Notes: a model not told the origin generated them from the letters alone. Shown: positions 18,655 through 28,643, counted from the first letter of the whole stretch. The stretch: 63,478 nt of DNA, filler included, from an uncultured Synergistales bacterium (GCA_937897575.1; 4 parts of 4 records of this genome joined end to end with filler, not necessarily neighbours in it), one strand, 5' to 3'. A program made the numbers and translations.

Positions 18655-19743
18655 ACGGCGAGCGGCGCCCGGGCCGCCGCGTCCGGCGGATACACCACGG
18701 TTGTCACCATGCCGAACACGGATCCCGTGGTGGACTCAGCGGCGATGGTGGAGTACATCGTGGCCCGCGGCAAGAGCAGCGGAGGAGCCCGGGTGCTTCC
18801 GGCGGGGTGCGTCAGCGCGGGGCGCAAAGGGACGCAGCTCGCGGAGATCGGCCTGATGGCCGATGCGGGCGCCGTGCTCTTCACCGACGACGGCTCCCCC
18901 GTGGAGAACGCCAAGCTCCTCAAGGCCGCCCTCCGATACTCGAAACCCCTGGACGTTCGGATCATGGAGCACCCCGAGGAGGCCTCCCTCACGGAGAAGG
19001 CCCAGGTGAACGAGGGCGTCGTGTCGGCGTCCAGCGGGCTGAAGGGGTGGCCGGCCTCGGCGGAGCTCATCGACGTCCAGCGGGGCATCGCCCTGTGCCG
19101 CGAGACCGATGCCCCCATCCACTTCACCCACGTGAGCACAGCCCTGGCCATGGACGCCATCAGGAGCGCGAAGAGGGAGGGGCTCCCCGTGAGCTGCGAC
19201 GTCACGCCCCATCACCTCGTACTGGACGAGACGTCCATCCTCGTGAGCCGCTTCTCGTCCGCCTACAAGGTGAACCCGCCCTTGAGAACCCGGCGGGACG
19301 TGAAGGCTCTCTGGGAGGCAGTGGCCGACGGCACCGTGGATGCCGTGGCGACGGATCACGCCCCCTACCACATGGACGAGAAGGACGTCCCCTTCCAGGA
19401 GGCGCCCAGCGGCATCGCCTCCATCGAGTGCTCCGTCGCGGCGGTCCTGGATGCCTGGCTCAAACTTGGCCGCCCCGTCCCCCTCGAGCGGATGCTGGCC
19501 CTCTTCACATCGGGCCCGGCGTCGGTGCTTCCGGGAAAGTGGCGGGCCCTCGGCACGCTGAGGGAGGGGACCGTCGCCGACCTGACGGCCGTTGACCCCG
19601 AGGTGATCCGGAAGGTGGACGTGGGGACGTGGAAGAGCAAGGCGAGGCTCTGCCCCTGGAACGACGAGTTCCTCCAGGGGTGGCCCGTGCTGGCGGTGGT
19701 GGAGGGGCGCGTGGTCATGAACCGGCTGGAGGACGAGGAATGA
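18655..19743 (+). CDS. pyrC: Dihydroorotase, 5'-truncated
   Basis: GGYTTVVTMPNT, FTDDG, HVST, VTPHHL, KVNPPLR and ATDHAP motifs. Confidence 0.95.
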   Translation, partial: TASGARAAASGGYTTVVTMPNTDPVVDSAAMVEYIVARGKSSGGARVLPAGCVSAGRKGTQLAEIGLMADAGAVLFTDDGSPVENAKLLKAALRYSKPLDVRIMEHPEEASLTEKAQVNEGVVSASSGLKGWPASAELIDVQRGIALCRETDAPIHFTHVSTALAMDAIRSAKREGLPVSCDVTPHHLVLDETSILVSRFSSAYKVNPPLRTRRDVKALWEAVADGTVDAVATDHAPYHMDEKDVPFQEAPSGIASIECSVAAVLDAWLKLGRPVPLERMLALFTSGPASVLPGKWRALGTLREGTVADLTAVDPEVIRKVDVGTWKSKARLCPWNDEFLQGWPVLAVVEGRVVMNRLEDEE

Positions 19744-20537
19744 CCCATCGAGCCCCCAGGGATTTTCCCGCCGAGGTGGTGGAGAACCTCCGCCTCGACG
19801 GGAAGACGACGGCCCTCGTGCTGCGGTGTCCCGGCGTGGCGTCGACGGCTGAGCCCGGTCAGTTCGTGATGCTTCGGGCCGGGACGGGGAACGACCCCTT
19901 TCTGGGGCGCCCCCTCGCCGTCGCCGACCTGTCGGGCGACCGGTTCACCGTGCTCTGCCGGACGGTGGGGCGGGGGACGGAGCTCCTGTCGTCCACTCCC
20001 GCCGGAGCAGAACTGACCGTGCGGGGCCCAGTGGGAACGGGTTTCTGGAGCGCACGTCGCGGGGTGCCGCTGCCGAAGACCGTACACCTCGTCGGCGGCG
20101 GCGTGGGCATGGCCCCGCTGCTCTTCGCCCTTCGGCGCCTTGACGGAACGGCCGTGGGACGGGTGATCCTTGGCGTGGCGGGGCAGGGCTGGGAAGGGCT
20201 GACTCGCTGGGCCGGAGAGCGAATCCCCTCCCTGGACCTCTACTCCCAGGACGGCACCCTGGGCAGGAGGGGCCTCGCCCTCGACGGCCTGCCCGAAGGG
20301 CTCCCCGACGAGGAGGAGATCTGGGCCTGCGGCCCCGAGGGCATGCTCCGGGCACTGACAAAGAGGTACCCCGGCGACCTGGGCCGGATCCGAGTAGCCC
20401 TCGAATCGCGGATGGCCTGCGGCATGGGCGGCTGCCTCGGCTGCGTTCTCCCGACGACGTCGGGCAACAGGCGGGTGTGCTCCGACGGGCCCGTCTTCAC
20501 GGCGGAGGAGGTGCTCTGGGATGACCGGTCGGCCTGA
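19740..20537 (+). CDS. pyrK: Dihydroorotate dehydrogenase electron transfer subunit
   Basis: PGQFVML, RP, GPVG, GGGVGMAP, ACGP and the 2Fe-2S motif MACGMGGCLGC...C.DGPVF. Confidence 0.93.
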   Translation: MTHRAPRDFPAEVVENLRLDGKTTALVLRCPGVASTAEPGQFVMLRAGTGNDPFLGRPLAVADLSGDRFTVLCRTVGRGTELLSSTPAGAELTVRGPVGTGFWSARRGVPLPKTVHLVGGGVGMAPLLFALRRLDGTAVGRVILGVAGQGWEGLTRWAGERIPSLDLYSQDGTLGRRGLALDGLPEGLPDEEEIWACGPEGMLRALTKRYPGDLGRIRVALESRMACGMGGCLGCVLPTTSGNRRVCSDGPVFTAEEVLWDDRSA

Positions 20538-21471
20538 CCTCATGGCGTCCACCGTCGGCGGCCTGCCCCTTTCGTCGCCCGTGGTGATCGCGTCGGGCGT
20601 GTGGCCCTACGATCCGGCGCTCTGGACGGCGGACCGCCTCGAGGGCGTCGGCGCACTCAGCACGAAGGCTGTGAGCCTCGCCCCTCGGGCGGGCAACCTC
20701 GGCACGAGGGTGTGGGAGACCCCCTGCGGCATGCTCAACAGCATCGGCCTCCAGAACGGCGGCGTGCGGGACTTTATGGAGAGGGGGCTGCCCGTGGCGG
20801 AGTCCGCCGGCCGGCCCTTTCTCGTGAACGTGGTCATGGAGTCCGAAGGGGAGGTCTCGGAGTGCCTGGCCATCCTCGGCGGGCAGAGGGAACGGATCCC
20901 CGCCGTGGAGCTGAACGTCTCCTGCCCCAACGTGGACGGCGACGGCATGGCCTGGGGCATGACAGCCCGGTCCACGGCGAAGGCTGTGGCCGTTGCAAGA
21001 CGCTCGTGGGACGGGCCGCTCTGGGTGAAGCTCACGCCCCAGGCGCCCGACCTGGCCGGGGCGGCAAGGGCCGCCGAGGCCGAGGGGGCGGACGCCGTCG
21101 TCTGCGGCAACACCTGGCTCGCCATGGCCATGGACCTCCAGAAAAGGCGCCCGGCGTTCCAGCGGGTCGTGGCCGGCCTCTCGGGGCCCGCCGTGTTCCC
21201 TCTGGCCCTCCGGACGGTCTGGGAGGTCTGCGGCGCCGTCTCCATCCCGGTGATCGGGTGCGGCGGGGTGGCCTCCTGGGAGGACGCCGCCGCCATGCTC
21301 CTCGCCGGGGCCAGCGCCGTGGAGGTGGGCAGCGCCCTCTTCACGGACTTCGACCTTCCCCGGAAGATCGCCGACGGCCTGATGAAATACACGGCCGCCG
21401 CGGGCATAGAAAGCCTGTCCGGCCTCGTGGGGCTCGGGCGGAAAAACCATGAAGGAGGAGAGCGCCGATGA
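20521..21471 (+). CDS. pyrD: Dihydroorotate dehydrogenase (NAD+), class 1B catalytic subunit
   Basis: MLNSIGLQNGG, ELNVSCPN, VKLTP, GLSGPA and IGCGG motifs. Confidence 0.95.
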   Translation: MTGRPDLMASTVGGLPLSSPVVIASGVWPYDPALWTADRLEGVGALSTKAVSLAPRAGNLGTRVWETPCGMLNSIGLQNGGVRDFMERGLPVAESAGRPFLVNVVMESEGEVSECLAILGGQRERIPAVELNVSCPNVDGDGMAWGMTARSTAKAVAVARRSWDGPLWVKLTPQAPDLAGAARAAEAEGADAVVCGNTWLAMAMDLQKRRPAFQRVVAGLSGPAVFPLALRTVWEVCGAVSIPVIGCGGVASWEDAAAMLLAGASAVEVGSALFTDFDLPRKIADGLMKYTAAAGIESLSGLVGLGRKNHEGGERR

Positions 21472-22184
21472 CCACGGGCATGGACCACCTCATCCTCGCC
21501 CTCGACGTTGAAGAGGTCGATGAGGGACGGGAGCTGCTCTCCGGCCTCAGGGGGGCGCTCAAGTACGTGAAGATAGGCCATCAGCTCTACGCCAGGGGCG
21601 GGGCGCCCTTCCTCAGGGAGATTCAGGCCATGGGCTACTCCGTCTTCCTGGACATCAAGCTGCACGACATCCCCAACACGATCTTCATGGCCGTGGGCGC
21701 CCTCGCCTCCGAGGGCCTCTGGGCACTGACACTCCACTGCGGCGGAGGGCGGGCGATGCTGGAGGAGGCGCGACGGGCGAGGGAGAGGAGCGGAGCTCGT
21801 CTGAACCTTCTGGGCGTCACGGTCCTCACCAGTTTCGACGAGGCCTCGTGGGCCGAGGTGGCCCCGGGGTGCCCTCTCGCCGAGGCTCTGGAGAAGCGGG
21901 CGGCCCTCTGTCGCGAGACGGGCATGGACGGCATCGTGTGCGCCCCCCTGGACCTCCCCGTCGTCCGGGCGGCGGGGGCGGGGCTCTTCACCGTGGTGCC
22001 CGGCATCCGCCCGGCGAAGGCGGACGACGACCAGGTCCGGGTGATGACGCCCCGGAAGGCCATGGAGAACGGAGCGGACTATATCGTTGTCGGGCGGCCC
22101 ATCGTGAACGCCCCCGACAGGATTACTGCGGCGAAGGAGATTGCCGGGGCCATTGAGGAGGGGTTGGCGTGGAGGACAAAGTGA
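21468..22184 (+). CDS. pyrF: Orotidine-5'-phosphate decarboxylase
   Basis: ILALD, FLDIKLHDIPNT, VTVLTS, PGIR, DDQ.R and VVGRPI motifs. Confidence 0.96.
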   Translation: MTTGMDHLILALDVEEVDEGRELLSGLRGALKYVKIGHQLYARGGAPFLREIQAMGYSVFLDIKLHDIPNTIFMAVGALASEGLWALTLHCGGGRAMLEEARRARERSGARLNLLGVTVLTSFDEASWAEVAPGCPLAEALEKRAALCRETGMDGIVCAPLDLPVVRAAGAGLFTVVPGIRPAKADDDQVRVMTPRKAMENGADYIVVGRPIVNAPDRITAAKEIAGAIEEGLAWRTK

Positions 22185-22768
22185 TGCTCGAACGGCTTCA
22201 GGAGATGATGAGGGAGAGCGGAGCCCACCTCGAGGGGCACTTTCTGCTGACGTCCGGGAACCACAGCAGCGACTACATGCAGTGCGCCCTGCTGCTCCGG
22301 TACCCGAAGTACGCCGCCTTCGCCGGGGCCGCTCTCGCCGGGCGGGTGGCAAAATACGCCCCACAGATGGTGGCCTCCCCGGCCCTCGGCGGCCTCATCA
22401 TCGGCCACGAAGTGGCCAGGGCGCTGGACCTCCCCTTCATCTTCTGCGAGCGGCAGGACGGCGCCATGACCCTCCGCCGGTTCCCTATGCCCGAGGGGCT
22501 GCGGGTGGTCGTCATCGAGGACGTCGTCACCACGGGCGTCTCATCGGGCGAAGTGGGGGCCGTCCTCGAACGGGGCGGGGCCAAATGGGTGGCCACGGGC
22601 TCGGTGATCGACCGGAGCGGCGGCAGATCCGCCCTGCCCCATGCCCCCGAGTCCCTCTGGCGGGTGGACTTCCCCCTCTGGAAGCCCGAGGAGTGCCCTC
22701 TGTGCGCCAAAAACATCCCCATCGTGAAGCCGGGGAGCCGCGGGAGCAAACCCTCCGACGGGCGATAG
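22169..22768 (+). CDS. pyrE: Orotate phosphoribosyltransferase
   Basis: GHFLLTSGNHS..YMQ, the PRPP loop IEDVVTTG, and C-terminal CPLC...KPGSR. Confidence 0.95.
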   Translation: MEDKVMLERLQEMMRESGAHLEGHFLLTSGNHSSDYMQCALLLRYPKYAAFAGAALAGRVAKYAPQMVASPALGGLIIGHEVARALDLPFIFCERQDGAMTLRRFPMPEGLRVVVIEDVVTTGVSSGEVGAVLERGGAKWVATGSVIDRSGGRSALPHAPESLWRVDFPLWKPEECPLCAKNIPIVKPGSRGSKPSDGR

Positions 22769-22855
22769 CTCCGAGCGAGCGAAGCCCTCGAGAGAGGCCT
22801 CTCCCGACATCTCCTCTGAGCAGTTGCAGGGCCACCTGTGACGATCCCGAGCAGC

Positions 22856-22881
22856 AACGCCCTCCCCTAGGGGAGGGCGTT
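22856..22881. repeat. Perfect 26-bp palindrome
   Basis: AACGCCCTCCCCT|AGGGGAGGGCGTT. Confidence 0.85.
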
Positions 22882-22994
22882 CAGACTGTTGACATATCCG
22901 TCCTTTTTCCACAGAAGAGACGCTGAGCTTCTTGGTGTTCCTCCATGGCCAAGTTGAAGGCGGGGTCCGTCGTCCGCCCTTCGATGCAGTACAT
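22881..22994 (-). pseudogene. Remnant of lipoate-protein ligase A N-terminus (37 codons)
   Basis: MYCIEGRTTDPAFNLAMEEH matches the LplA start (..S.DP.FNLA.EE). Good GGGAGG SD. Similarity ends after about 20 residues. Confidence 0.65.
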
Positions 22995-23112
22995 CGCGTC
23001 GCCTCCCTTGCAAAGTTCCGCGTTCCGGTTCATTATACAATCATACGGTCCGGGCCTGGCCGCGCGAAGAGGCGCGGCTGGGCGATACCCCTTCGCGGAG
23101 GTGATGGAGCAT

Positions 23113-23982
23113 ATGCTCGATTCGCTCGAAATAACGGTCCTCGTGGAGGACCACGTCCCCATGCACGGCCCCTTTCTCGCCCAGCACGGCCTCTCCCTTC
23201 TTCTGAAGGGGGTGAAGGACGGCGTCGAGACGAGGGGATTGCTGGATGTGGGGCAGTCGCACGAGATCCTGACGCACAACATGAAGGGGCTCGGCGTCGC
23301 CCCCGAGTCCATCGATTTTCTCGCGCTCTCCCACTGCCACTACGACCATACGGGCGGCGTGGCCGCCTTCGTGTGCTCCACGGGGAAGAGTGACTTCCCC
23401 GTGATCGCTCACCCCGACCTCTTTCGCCCCCACTTCACCGTGGACCCATCCCTGGCCCACATCGGCGTGGGCAGCGCCGACGCCCTGAAGAAGATCGAGG
23501 AGGCGGGCGGCCGGGTCATCCTCTCGGCGGCGCCCGTGCCCTTGGCGGAAGGCATGGCCTCCACGGGCGAGGTCCCGAGGGCAACGGACTTCGAGGGGCC
23601 GGGAAAGCGCTTCTTCACCGTCCGGGACGGGAAAACGGCCCAGGATTCCCTCCCCGACGACATGGCCGTGACGGCCCGGGTGCGGGGGCACGGCGTGGTG
23701 GTCGCGGCGGGGTGCTGTCACTCGGGCATCGTGAACATCCTGAAGCACGTCCGCGCGCTCTACCCCGACGAGCCCGTCGAGGGGATCGTGGGCGGGCTCC
23801 ATCTGGTGAACGCCTCGGAGGAGAAGATGGAGAAGACGGCGTCGGGGATCAGGGAGTTCGCCCCGAGGTGGATCGGCGCGGGGCATTGCACGGGGTTCCC
23901 CATGCAGGCGAAACTGCTCCGCGACTACGGCATGGCCTTCACACCCCTTGCCGTGGGGGCGACCTTCCGGGTGGGGGGCTAA
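23113..23982 (+). CDS. MBL-fold metallo-hydrolase (COG1237-type)
   Basis: ITVLVED, AQHGLS, LSHCHYDHTGG, DD, GCCHSG, GGLHL and GHCTG motifs. Confidence 0.88.
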   Translation: MLDSLEITVLVEDHVPMHGPFLAQHGLSLLLKGVKDGVETRGLLDVGQSHEILTHNMKGLGVAPESIDFLALSHCHYDHTGGVAAFVCSTGKSDFPVIAHPDLFRPHFTVDPSLAHIGVGSADALKKIEEAGGRVILSAAPVPLAEGMASTGEVPRATDFEGPGKRFFTVRDGKTAQDSLPDDMAVTARVRGHGVVVAAGCCHSGIVNILKHVRALYPDEPVEGIVGGLHLVNASEEKMEKTASGIREFAPRWIGAGHCTGFPMQAKLLRDYGMAFTPLAVGATFRVGG

Positions 23983-24773
23983 AAGGGAGAGGACTCCTCA
24001 CCTGCAGCCAGGCGCTCGAGGATATCTCTTCGCTCCGGCATGGCGGCGGCGTCGGCGATGCGCGCCGCGTAGCGGAGGCGCTCCCGGACGAAGGCGTCCC
24101 GACGGGGGTACGGGATGGGGTAGCGGCCTCTCATCGGGGGGCGGAAGCGTGAGGGGGCGGCGGAGGGCGCGAAGCACACCAGGGCGGGCGACCCGCCGAG
24201 GACGCGGAGGACGAGGCCGTACAGTTCGAAGCAGTCGCTGAGACCGTAGTGGCTCAGGTGGGGCCCCACGGTCCCCTCCGTCCGGGTGAGGGCGGGGGAG
24301 GGCAGGTACAGGGCCTCGGCCGTTCGAGACGCCTCCCGCAGCCTCGGCCACTTCCACAGGCCGCCGGCCGGATTGCCTCCGGGCAGGCGGCAGAGGTCCG
24401 TCAGCCCCCGCATGGAGCACCACCATCTCTGTCGTCGCACCACGGTCCCCGGGAGGAAGCCCGTGTCGAAGGGGAGGTTGTGCACCGCGATCCCCTCGGG
24501 GTTCCACTGCTCCCAGAAGAGGGCCAGGCTCGTCCAGTCGTCGAGGAAGTGGGCGGGGTACTCCTCCTCGGCCCGCAGCGCGCCGACGCGCTCGAGGGAG
24601 AGGCCATGGACGGCCTCCGTCCGGCGGTCCGGGCGTTCCTCCGGGTAGTAGAAGCGGTTGAAGAAGTCCACGATGCGCCCCTCGTCGGTGAAGACGATGG
24701 ATGAGGCCGACAGGACGGAGGCGCCGTGGAATCCGTTGGTCTCCAGGTCGAATACGGCGAACAGACGAGGCAT
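23979..24773 (-). CDS. DEDDh 3'-5' exonuclease (DnaQ-like)
   Basis: VFDLETNG (Exo I), AVHGL, HNLPFD (Exo II), KWPRLRE and HYGLSD (Exo III); AAGGAG SD. Confidence 0.8.
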   Translation of the reverse strand: MPRLFAVFDLETNGFHGASVLSASSIVFTDEGRIVDFFNRFYYPEERPDRRTEAVHGLSLERVGALRAEEEYPAHFLDDWTSLALFWEQWNPEGIAVHNLPFDTGFLPGTVVRRQRWWCSMRGLTDLCRLPGGNPAGGLWKWPRLREASRTAEALYLPSPALTRTEGTVGPHLSHYGLSDCFELYGLVLRVLGGSPALVCFAPSAAPSRFRPPMRGRYPIPYPRRDAFVRERLRYAARIADAAAMPERRDILERLAAGEESSPF

Positions 24774-24854
24774 TCCGTCGCTCCTTTCTGTATGATGGGA
24801 TTCTAGCACACCGCTGTCGCCCCGAAAAAAGGGCCGGCGGGACGGAGGCACGCA

Positions 24855-25267
24855 ATGGCGTTCTTTATCTTCCTGTGGTTTTTCATTCGGATGCTCCCCT
24901 TTCTTCTCTTCGTCTTCATCCTGTGGCGCGTCCTGCGTTTTCTCGCCTCCCAGTCCCGGTCGGGCGGGTGGCCTCCGCCGCCACCTCCTGGAGGTGGCGG
25001 AACCGGCGGGCAGCAGAGGCGGAGGGAGCCGCCCCCGGGCAACGCGAACGGCCCCACGGTCCCCAGGGACCCCTATCAGGTTCTCGGGTGCTCGCCGTCG
25101 GACACGAACGACGAGATCAAGAGGAGGTACCGGGAGCTTCTACCAAGTACCACCCCGACAAGTTCATCGGACAGGGGTACGACGAGGAGTTCGTGCGCCT
25201 GGCGTCGAAGCGGTTCCAGGAGATTCAGGAGGCCTACGAAAAGATCCGCGCCTCGAGACGATTGTGA
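24855..25267 (+). pseudogene. Membrane-anchored J-domain (DjlA/DnaJ-like) gene with a 1-nt frameshift near 25140 (true lesion or sequencing error)
   Basis: TM helix plus DPYQVLG...EIKRRYREL in one frame; TKYHPDK...RFQEIQEAYEKIR continues in another frame to the stop at 25267. Confidence 0.8.
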
Positions 25268-25379
25268 GCCTTTTCGGGTCGGAGAAGCCCTTCCAATTGT
25301 ATGGTCCGGTGCTACAATATCATTACGGAAGTGTTGCGGCAGCATATCACTCCATAGGGGGATGGAAAGGAGAACTGCT

Positions 25380-27032
25380 ATGGCGACCAGGGGGCTCTAC
25401 ACCGACCACGAGACGTTCGACAGGATCAAGTCGCAGGCCAGGACCACCATCGAAACGGCGTTCTACGGCAACAATGTCATTCCCGTGTCTGACCTGAAGC
25501 AGGCATACGAACTGGCGCGGCGGAGTCCGGGGACCGTCGAACTGACGGGAATGCCCCTCTACAAGCCCGAGGAACAGGGCTTGCCCGTCAACGGAAACGT
25601 GCTCCTCATGAACGACGGCGCTGTGGTGGGTCGGTGCGCTGCGGCGCGGCGGATCCTGGGGGAGCCGGGCGTCACCATGGCGGCCTACGCGCCCATCATC
25701 CGGGAGGCCATCTACGGGACCAGGTTCAGGACCATGTACGCCGCCGAGGCCCTCATCGGCCTGAGCGAGGACTTCATGGTGAAGGCCCACCTTCTGATCC
25801 CCGAGAAGCACGAGAACATGCTGTACAACTGGATGCTCAACTTCCAGACCCTGACGAGGGAGTACGAGGCCATGTACGGCCGGTCGAAGGAGCTGCCCGA
25901 CGGCGACATCTACATGGTGGCCGACCCCGAATGGGCGTCGCCCGACTTCCCCCTGGGGCTGGCCTTCTTCGACCCGGAGCACAACTGTGCCGGCGTCTTC
26001 GGGATGCGCTACTTCGGCGAGCTGAAGAAGGGAACTCTCACCATGGCCTGGGGGACGGCGGCCCGGAACGGCTTCGCCTCCTGCCACGGCGGCCTGAAGC
26101 GGTACAACCTGAGGAACGGGAAGAGCTTCGTCATGACCGTCTTCGGCCTGTCGGGGTCGGGCAAGTCCACTCTGACCCACGCCCGGCACGGCGGCAAGTA
26201 CGACATCACCGTCCTGCACGACGACGCGGTGGTCATCAACCTGCAGGAGAAGTACGCCATCGCCCTGGAGCCCTCCTACTTCGACAAGGTTCAGGACTAC
26301 CCCATGGGGTGCGACGCGAACAGGTTCATCATCTCCCTTCAGAACTGCGGCGCCGTCCGGGCGGTGGACGGCAAGGTCTACCCCGTGACGGAGGACCTCA
26401 GGAACGGCAACGGCCGGGCGATCAAGTCCAAGCTCTGGTCGCCGAACCGGGTGGACCGGATCGACCAGCCCCTGGACGCCATCTTCTGGATCATGAAGGA
26501 CCCCACCCTGCCCCCGGTCCTTCACCTGAAGACGCCGGACCTCGGCGCCGTCTTCGGGGCGACCCTCGCCACCAAGCGGACCACCGCCGAACGGCTGGCG
26601 CCGGGCGTGGACCCCAACGCCCTGGTCATCGAGTGTTACGCCAACCCCTTCAGGACCTACCCGCTGGAGGTGGACTACACCCGCTTCAGGGGGCTCATCG
26701 AGGGAGGAGTGGCCTGCTACGTCCTCAATACCGGCGACTTCATGGGCAAGAAGGTCACGCCGGCGGACACCCTGGGCATCATCGAATCCATTGTGGAGGG
26801 GCGCGCCTCCTTCGTCCCCTTCGGGGGGGCGAGCGACGTGGAGACCATGAAGCTCGAGAAGTTCCCCATCGACTTCTCCGACGAGGAGTACCGCAAGGAG
26901 GTCGCCGCCCGGCTCAACGACCGGATGAAGTTCGTTCGGTCCCGCGAGACGGAGCGGGGCGGCATCGACCGCCTGCCGCCCGAGGCGGAGGCGGCGCTCC
27001 AGAAGGTCATCGACGAGGTGGCGGCGGGCTAG
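25380..27032 (+). CDS. pckA: Phosphoenolpyruvate carboxykinase (ATP)
   Basis: GMRYFGELKKG, CHGG, P-loop FGLSGSGKST, LHDD, NGNGR and ANPFR motifs; AAGGAG SD before ATG 25380. Confidence 0.88.
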   Translation: MATRGLYTDHETFDRIKSQARTTIETAFYGNNVIPVSDLKQAYELARRSPGTVELTGMPLYKPEEQGLPVNGNVLLMNDGAVVGRCAAARRILGEPGVTMAAYAPIIREAIYGTRFRTMYAAEALIGLSEDFMVKAHLLIPEKHENMLYNWMLNFQTLTREYEAMYGRSKELPDGDIYMVADPEWASPDFPLGLAFFDPEHNCAGVFGMRYFGELKKGTLTMAWGTAARNGFASCHGGLKRYNLRNGKSFVMTVFGLSGSGKSTLTHARHGGKYDITVLHDDAVVINLQEKYAIALEPSYFDKVQDYPMGCDANRFIISLQNCGAVRAVDGKVYPVTEDLRNGNGRAIKSKLWSPNRVDRIDQPLDAIFWIMKDPTLPPVLHLKTPDLGAVFGATLATKRTTAERLAPGVDPNALVIECYANPFRTYPLEVDYTRFRGLIEGGVACYVLNTGDFMGKKVTPADTLGIIESIVEGRASFVPFGGASDVETMKLEKFPIDFSDEEYRKEVAARLNDRMKFVRSRETERGGIDRLPPEAEAALQKVIDEVAAG

Positions 27033-27051
27033 AGCGGGGACGAATACACGG

Positions 27052-27087
27052 AAAAGGGGGCGGCCGGAAAAATCCGGCCGCCCCTCT
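27052..27087 (+). terminator. Stem-loop, probable terminator
   Basis: GGGGCGGCCGGA-AAAA-TCCGGCCGCCCC. Confidence 0.6.
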
Positions 27088-27130
27088 GCTATAATCGACG
27101 GCAGTCTTCACGGGCAACGGAGGAACGGCA

Positions 27131-28600
27131 ATGGACGAAAGAGGCATCGAGCGCTCGTCCGCCATGGGGACGGAGTCCCTCACCGGGCTTATCCTGCGGT
27201 TTTCCCTGCCGGGGATCGTCGGGATGGTGGCGAACGCTCTCTATAATATCGTGGACCGGATCTTCGTCGGGCGGGCTGTGGACCCCATGGGGATCGGGGC
27301 CATCGCCGTGGGCTTTCCCTTCATGATGCTGGTCATCGCCTTCAGCACCCTCATAGGTGTGGGAGCCGGCTCCCTCGTCTCCATCTCCCTCGGCGAGCGG
27401 CGAAGGAGCCGGGCGGAGCGGGCCATGGGCAACGCCCTGCTCCTGCTCGCCGGAGGAGGGGTGCTGGCCACCGTCGTTGGCAGTCTTTTCATCGAGGAGA
27501 TCCTCACCCTCTCGGGGGTGACGCCCACGCTGATGCCCATGGCCAGGGAGTATCTGGGCATCGTCGTGTGGGGGATCCCGCTCTCGGCCCTCGGGTTCGG
27601 CCTCAACTACTTCATCCGGGCGGAGGGCAGCCCCCGGTTCGCCATGTTCGGCCTCGTGCTGGGAGCTGTGATGAACATCCTGCTGGATGCCCTCTTCATC
27701 TTCACCTTCCGGATGGGCATCGGAGGCGCGGCCCTGGCCACGGTGCTCTCCCAGGGCATCACCGCCCTCTGGTCCGCCTGGTACTATCTGGCCCGGATGG
27801 GGGAGCTCCGCTTCCGACCCCGAAACCTCATCCCGAGCCCCGATGTCCTGGGTCGGATCTTCGCCGTCGGTCTCGCGCCCTTTCTCACGGAGTTGAGCTT
27901 CACCTTCGTCCTCATCCTCTTCAACCGGCTGCTCCGACGGTACGGCGGGGACATGGCCGTCTCGGCCATGGGCATCTTCTTCAGCCTGGACAGCCTCTTC
28001 TTCCTCCCCGTTCTGGGGCTCGCCGGCGGGGTTCAGCCCATCATCGGCTACAACTTCGGCGCCCGGAACTACGAGCGGGTGATCCGGGCGGTGAAGATCG
28101 CCCTCGTCCTGGCGGCGCTCTTCCTCGGCGGAAGCTTCCTCGTCGTCCAGACGGCCCCCGAGCTCCTGGTTCGGCTCTTCACCACCCGGGACCCCGAGCT
28201 GGTCCGCGTGACGGCGCGATGGTTCCGGATGGCCTACGCCTGTGTCGTCTTCGCGTCGGTGAACTACGTGGCCTCCTACGCCTTCCAGGCCATGGGCAAG
28301 GCGAAGATCGCCATCTTCATGAGCCTGAGCCGCCACCTCTTCTTCATATTCCTGCCCCTCATCGTCCTGCCCCCGATCTTCGGGACGGACGGGGTATGGC
28401 TCTCCTTCAGTTTGTCCGACGTGGGCGGAGGGCTGATGGGCGCGTGGCTTCTGAGGCGGGAGTTCCGCCGTCTCAGGGCGATGACGCCCGAAAAGGGGCC
28501 GTCCGATCCACCGCAGGCCAGCGTCCCCTCTTTTTCGCGTATAATTGCAGAGGAGAGCGGTCTGCCGAAGGACGACGGGCAGCCCGCGCCGAGAAGCTGA
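27131..28600 (+). CDS. MATE-family efflux transporter (MepA-like)
   Basis: ALYNIVDRIFVG, RAEGSP, NILLDALFI, GAALAT and QPIIGYNFGA motifs. Confidence 0.93.
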   Translation: MDERGIERSSAMGTESLTGLILRFSLPGIVGMVANALYNIVDRIFVGRAVDPMGIGAIAVGFPFMMLVIAFSTLIGVGAGSLVSISLGERRRSRAERAMGNALLLLAGGGVLATVVGSLFIEEILTLSGVTPTLMPMAREYLGIVVWGIPLSALGFGLNYFIRAEGSPRFAMFGLVLGAVMNILLDALFIFTFRMGIGGAALATVLSQGITALWSAWYYLARMGELRFRPRNLIPSPDVLGRIFAVGLAPFLTELSFTFVLILFNRLLRRYGGDMAVSAMGIFFSLDSLFFLPVLGLAGGVQPIIGYNFGARNYERVIRAVKIALVLAALFLGGSFLVVQTAPELLVRLFTTRDPELVRVTARWFRMAYACVVFASVNYVASYAFQAMGKAKIAIFMSLSRHLFFIFLPLIVLPPIFGTDGVWLSFSLSDVGGGLMGAWLLRREFRRLRAMTPEKGPSDPPQASVPSFSRIIAEESGLPKDDGQPAPRS

Positions 28601-28643
28601 AGGAGATGGTGGTGCACTCCCCGAAGGACGAGGAGCGTGATCG

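Noticed and set aside
24855..27032. 725-aa ORF as a genuine evolved DnaJ-PEPCK fusion
   Set aside because: The J-domain HPD half lies in another frame and the joining segment is off-frame or intergenic sequence. Kept only as a frameshift finding.
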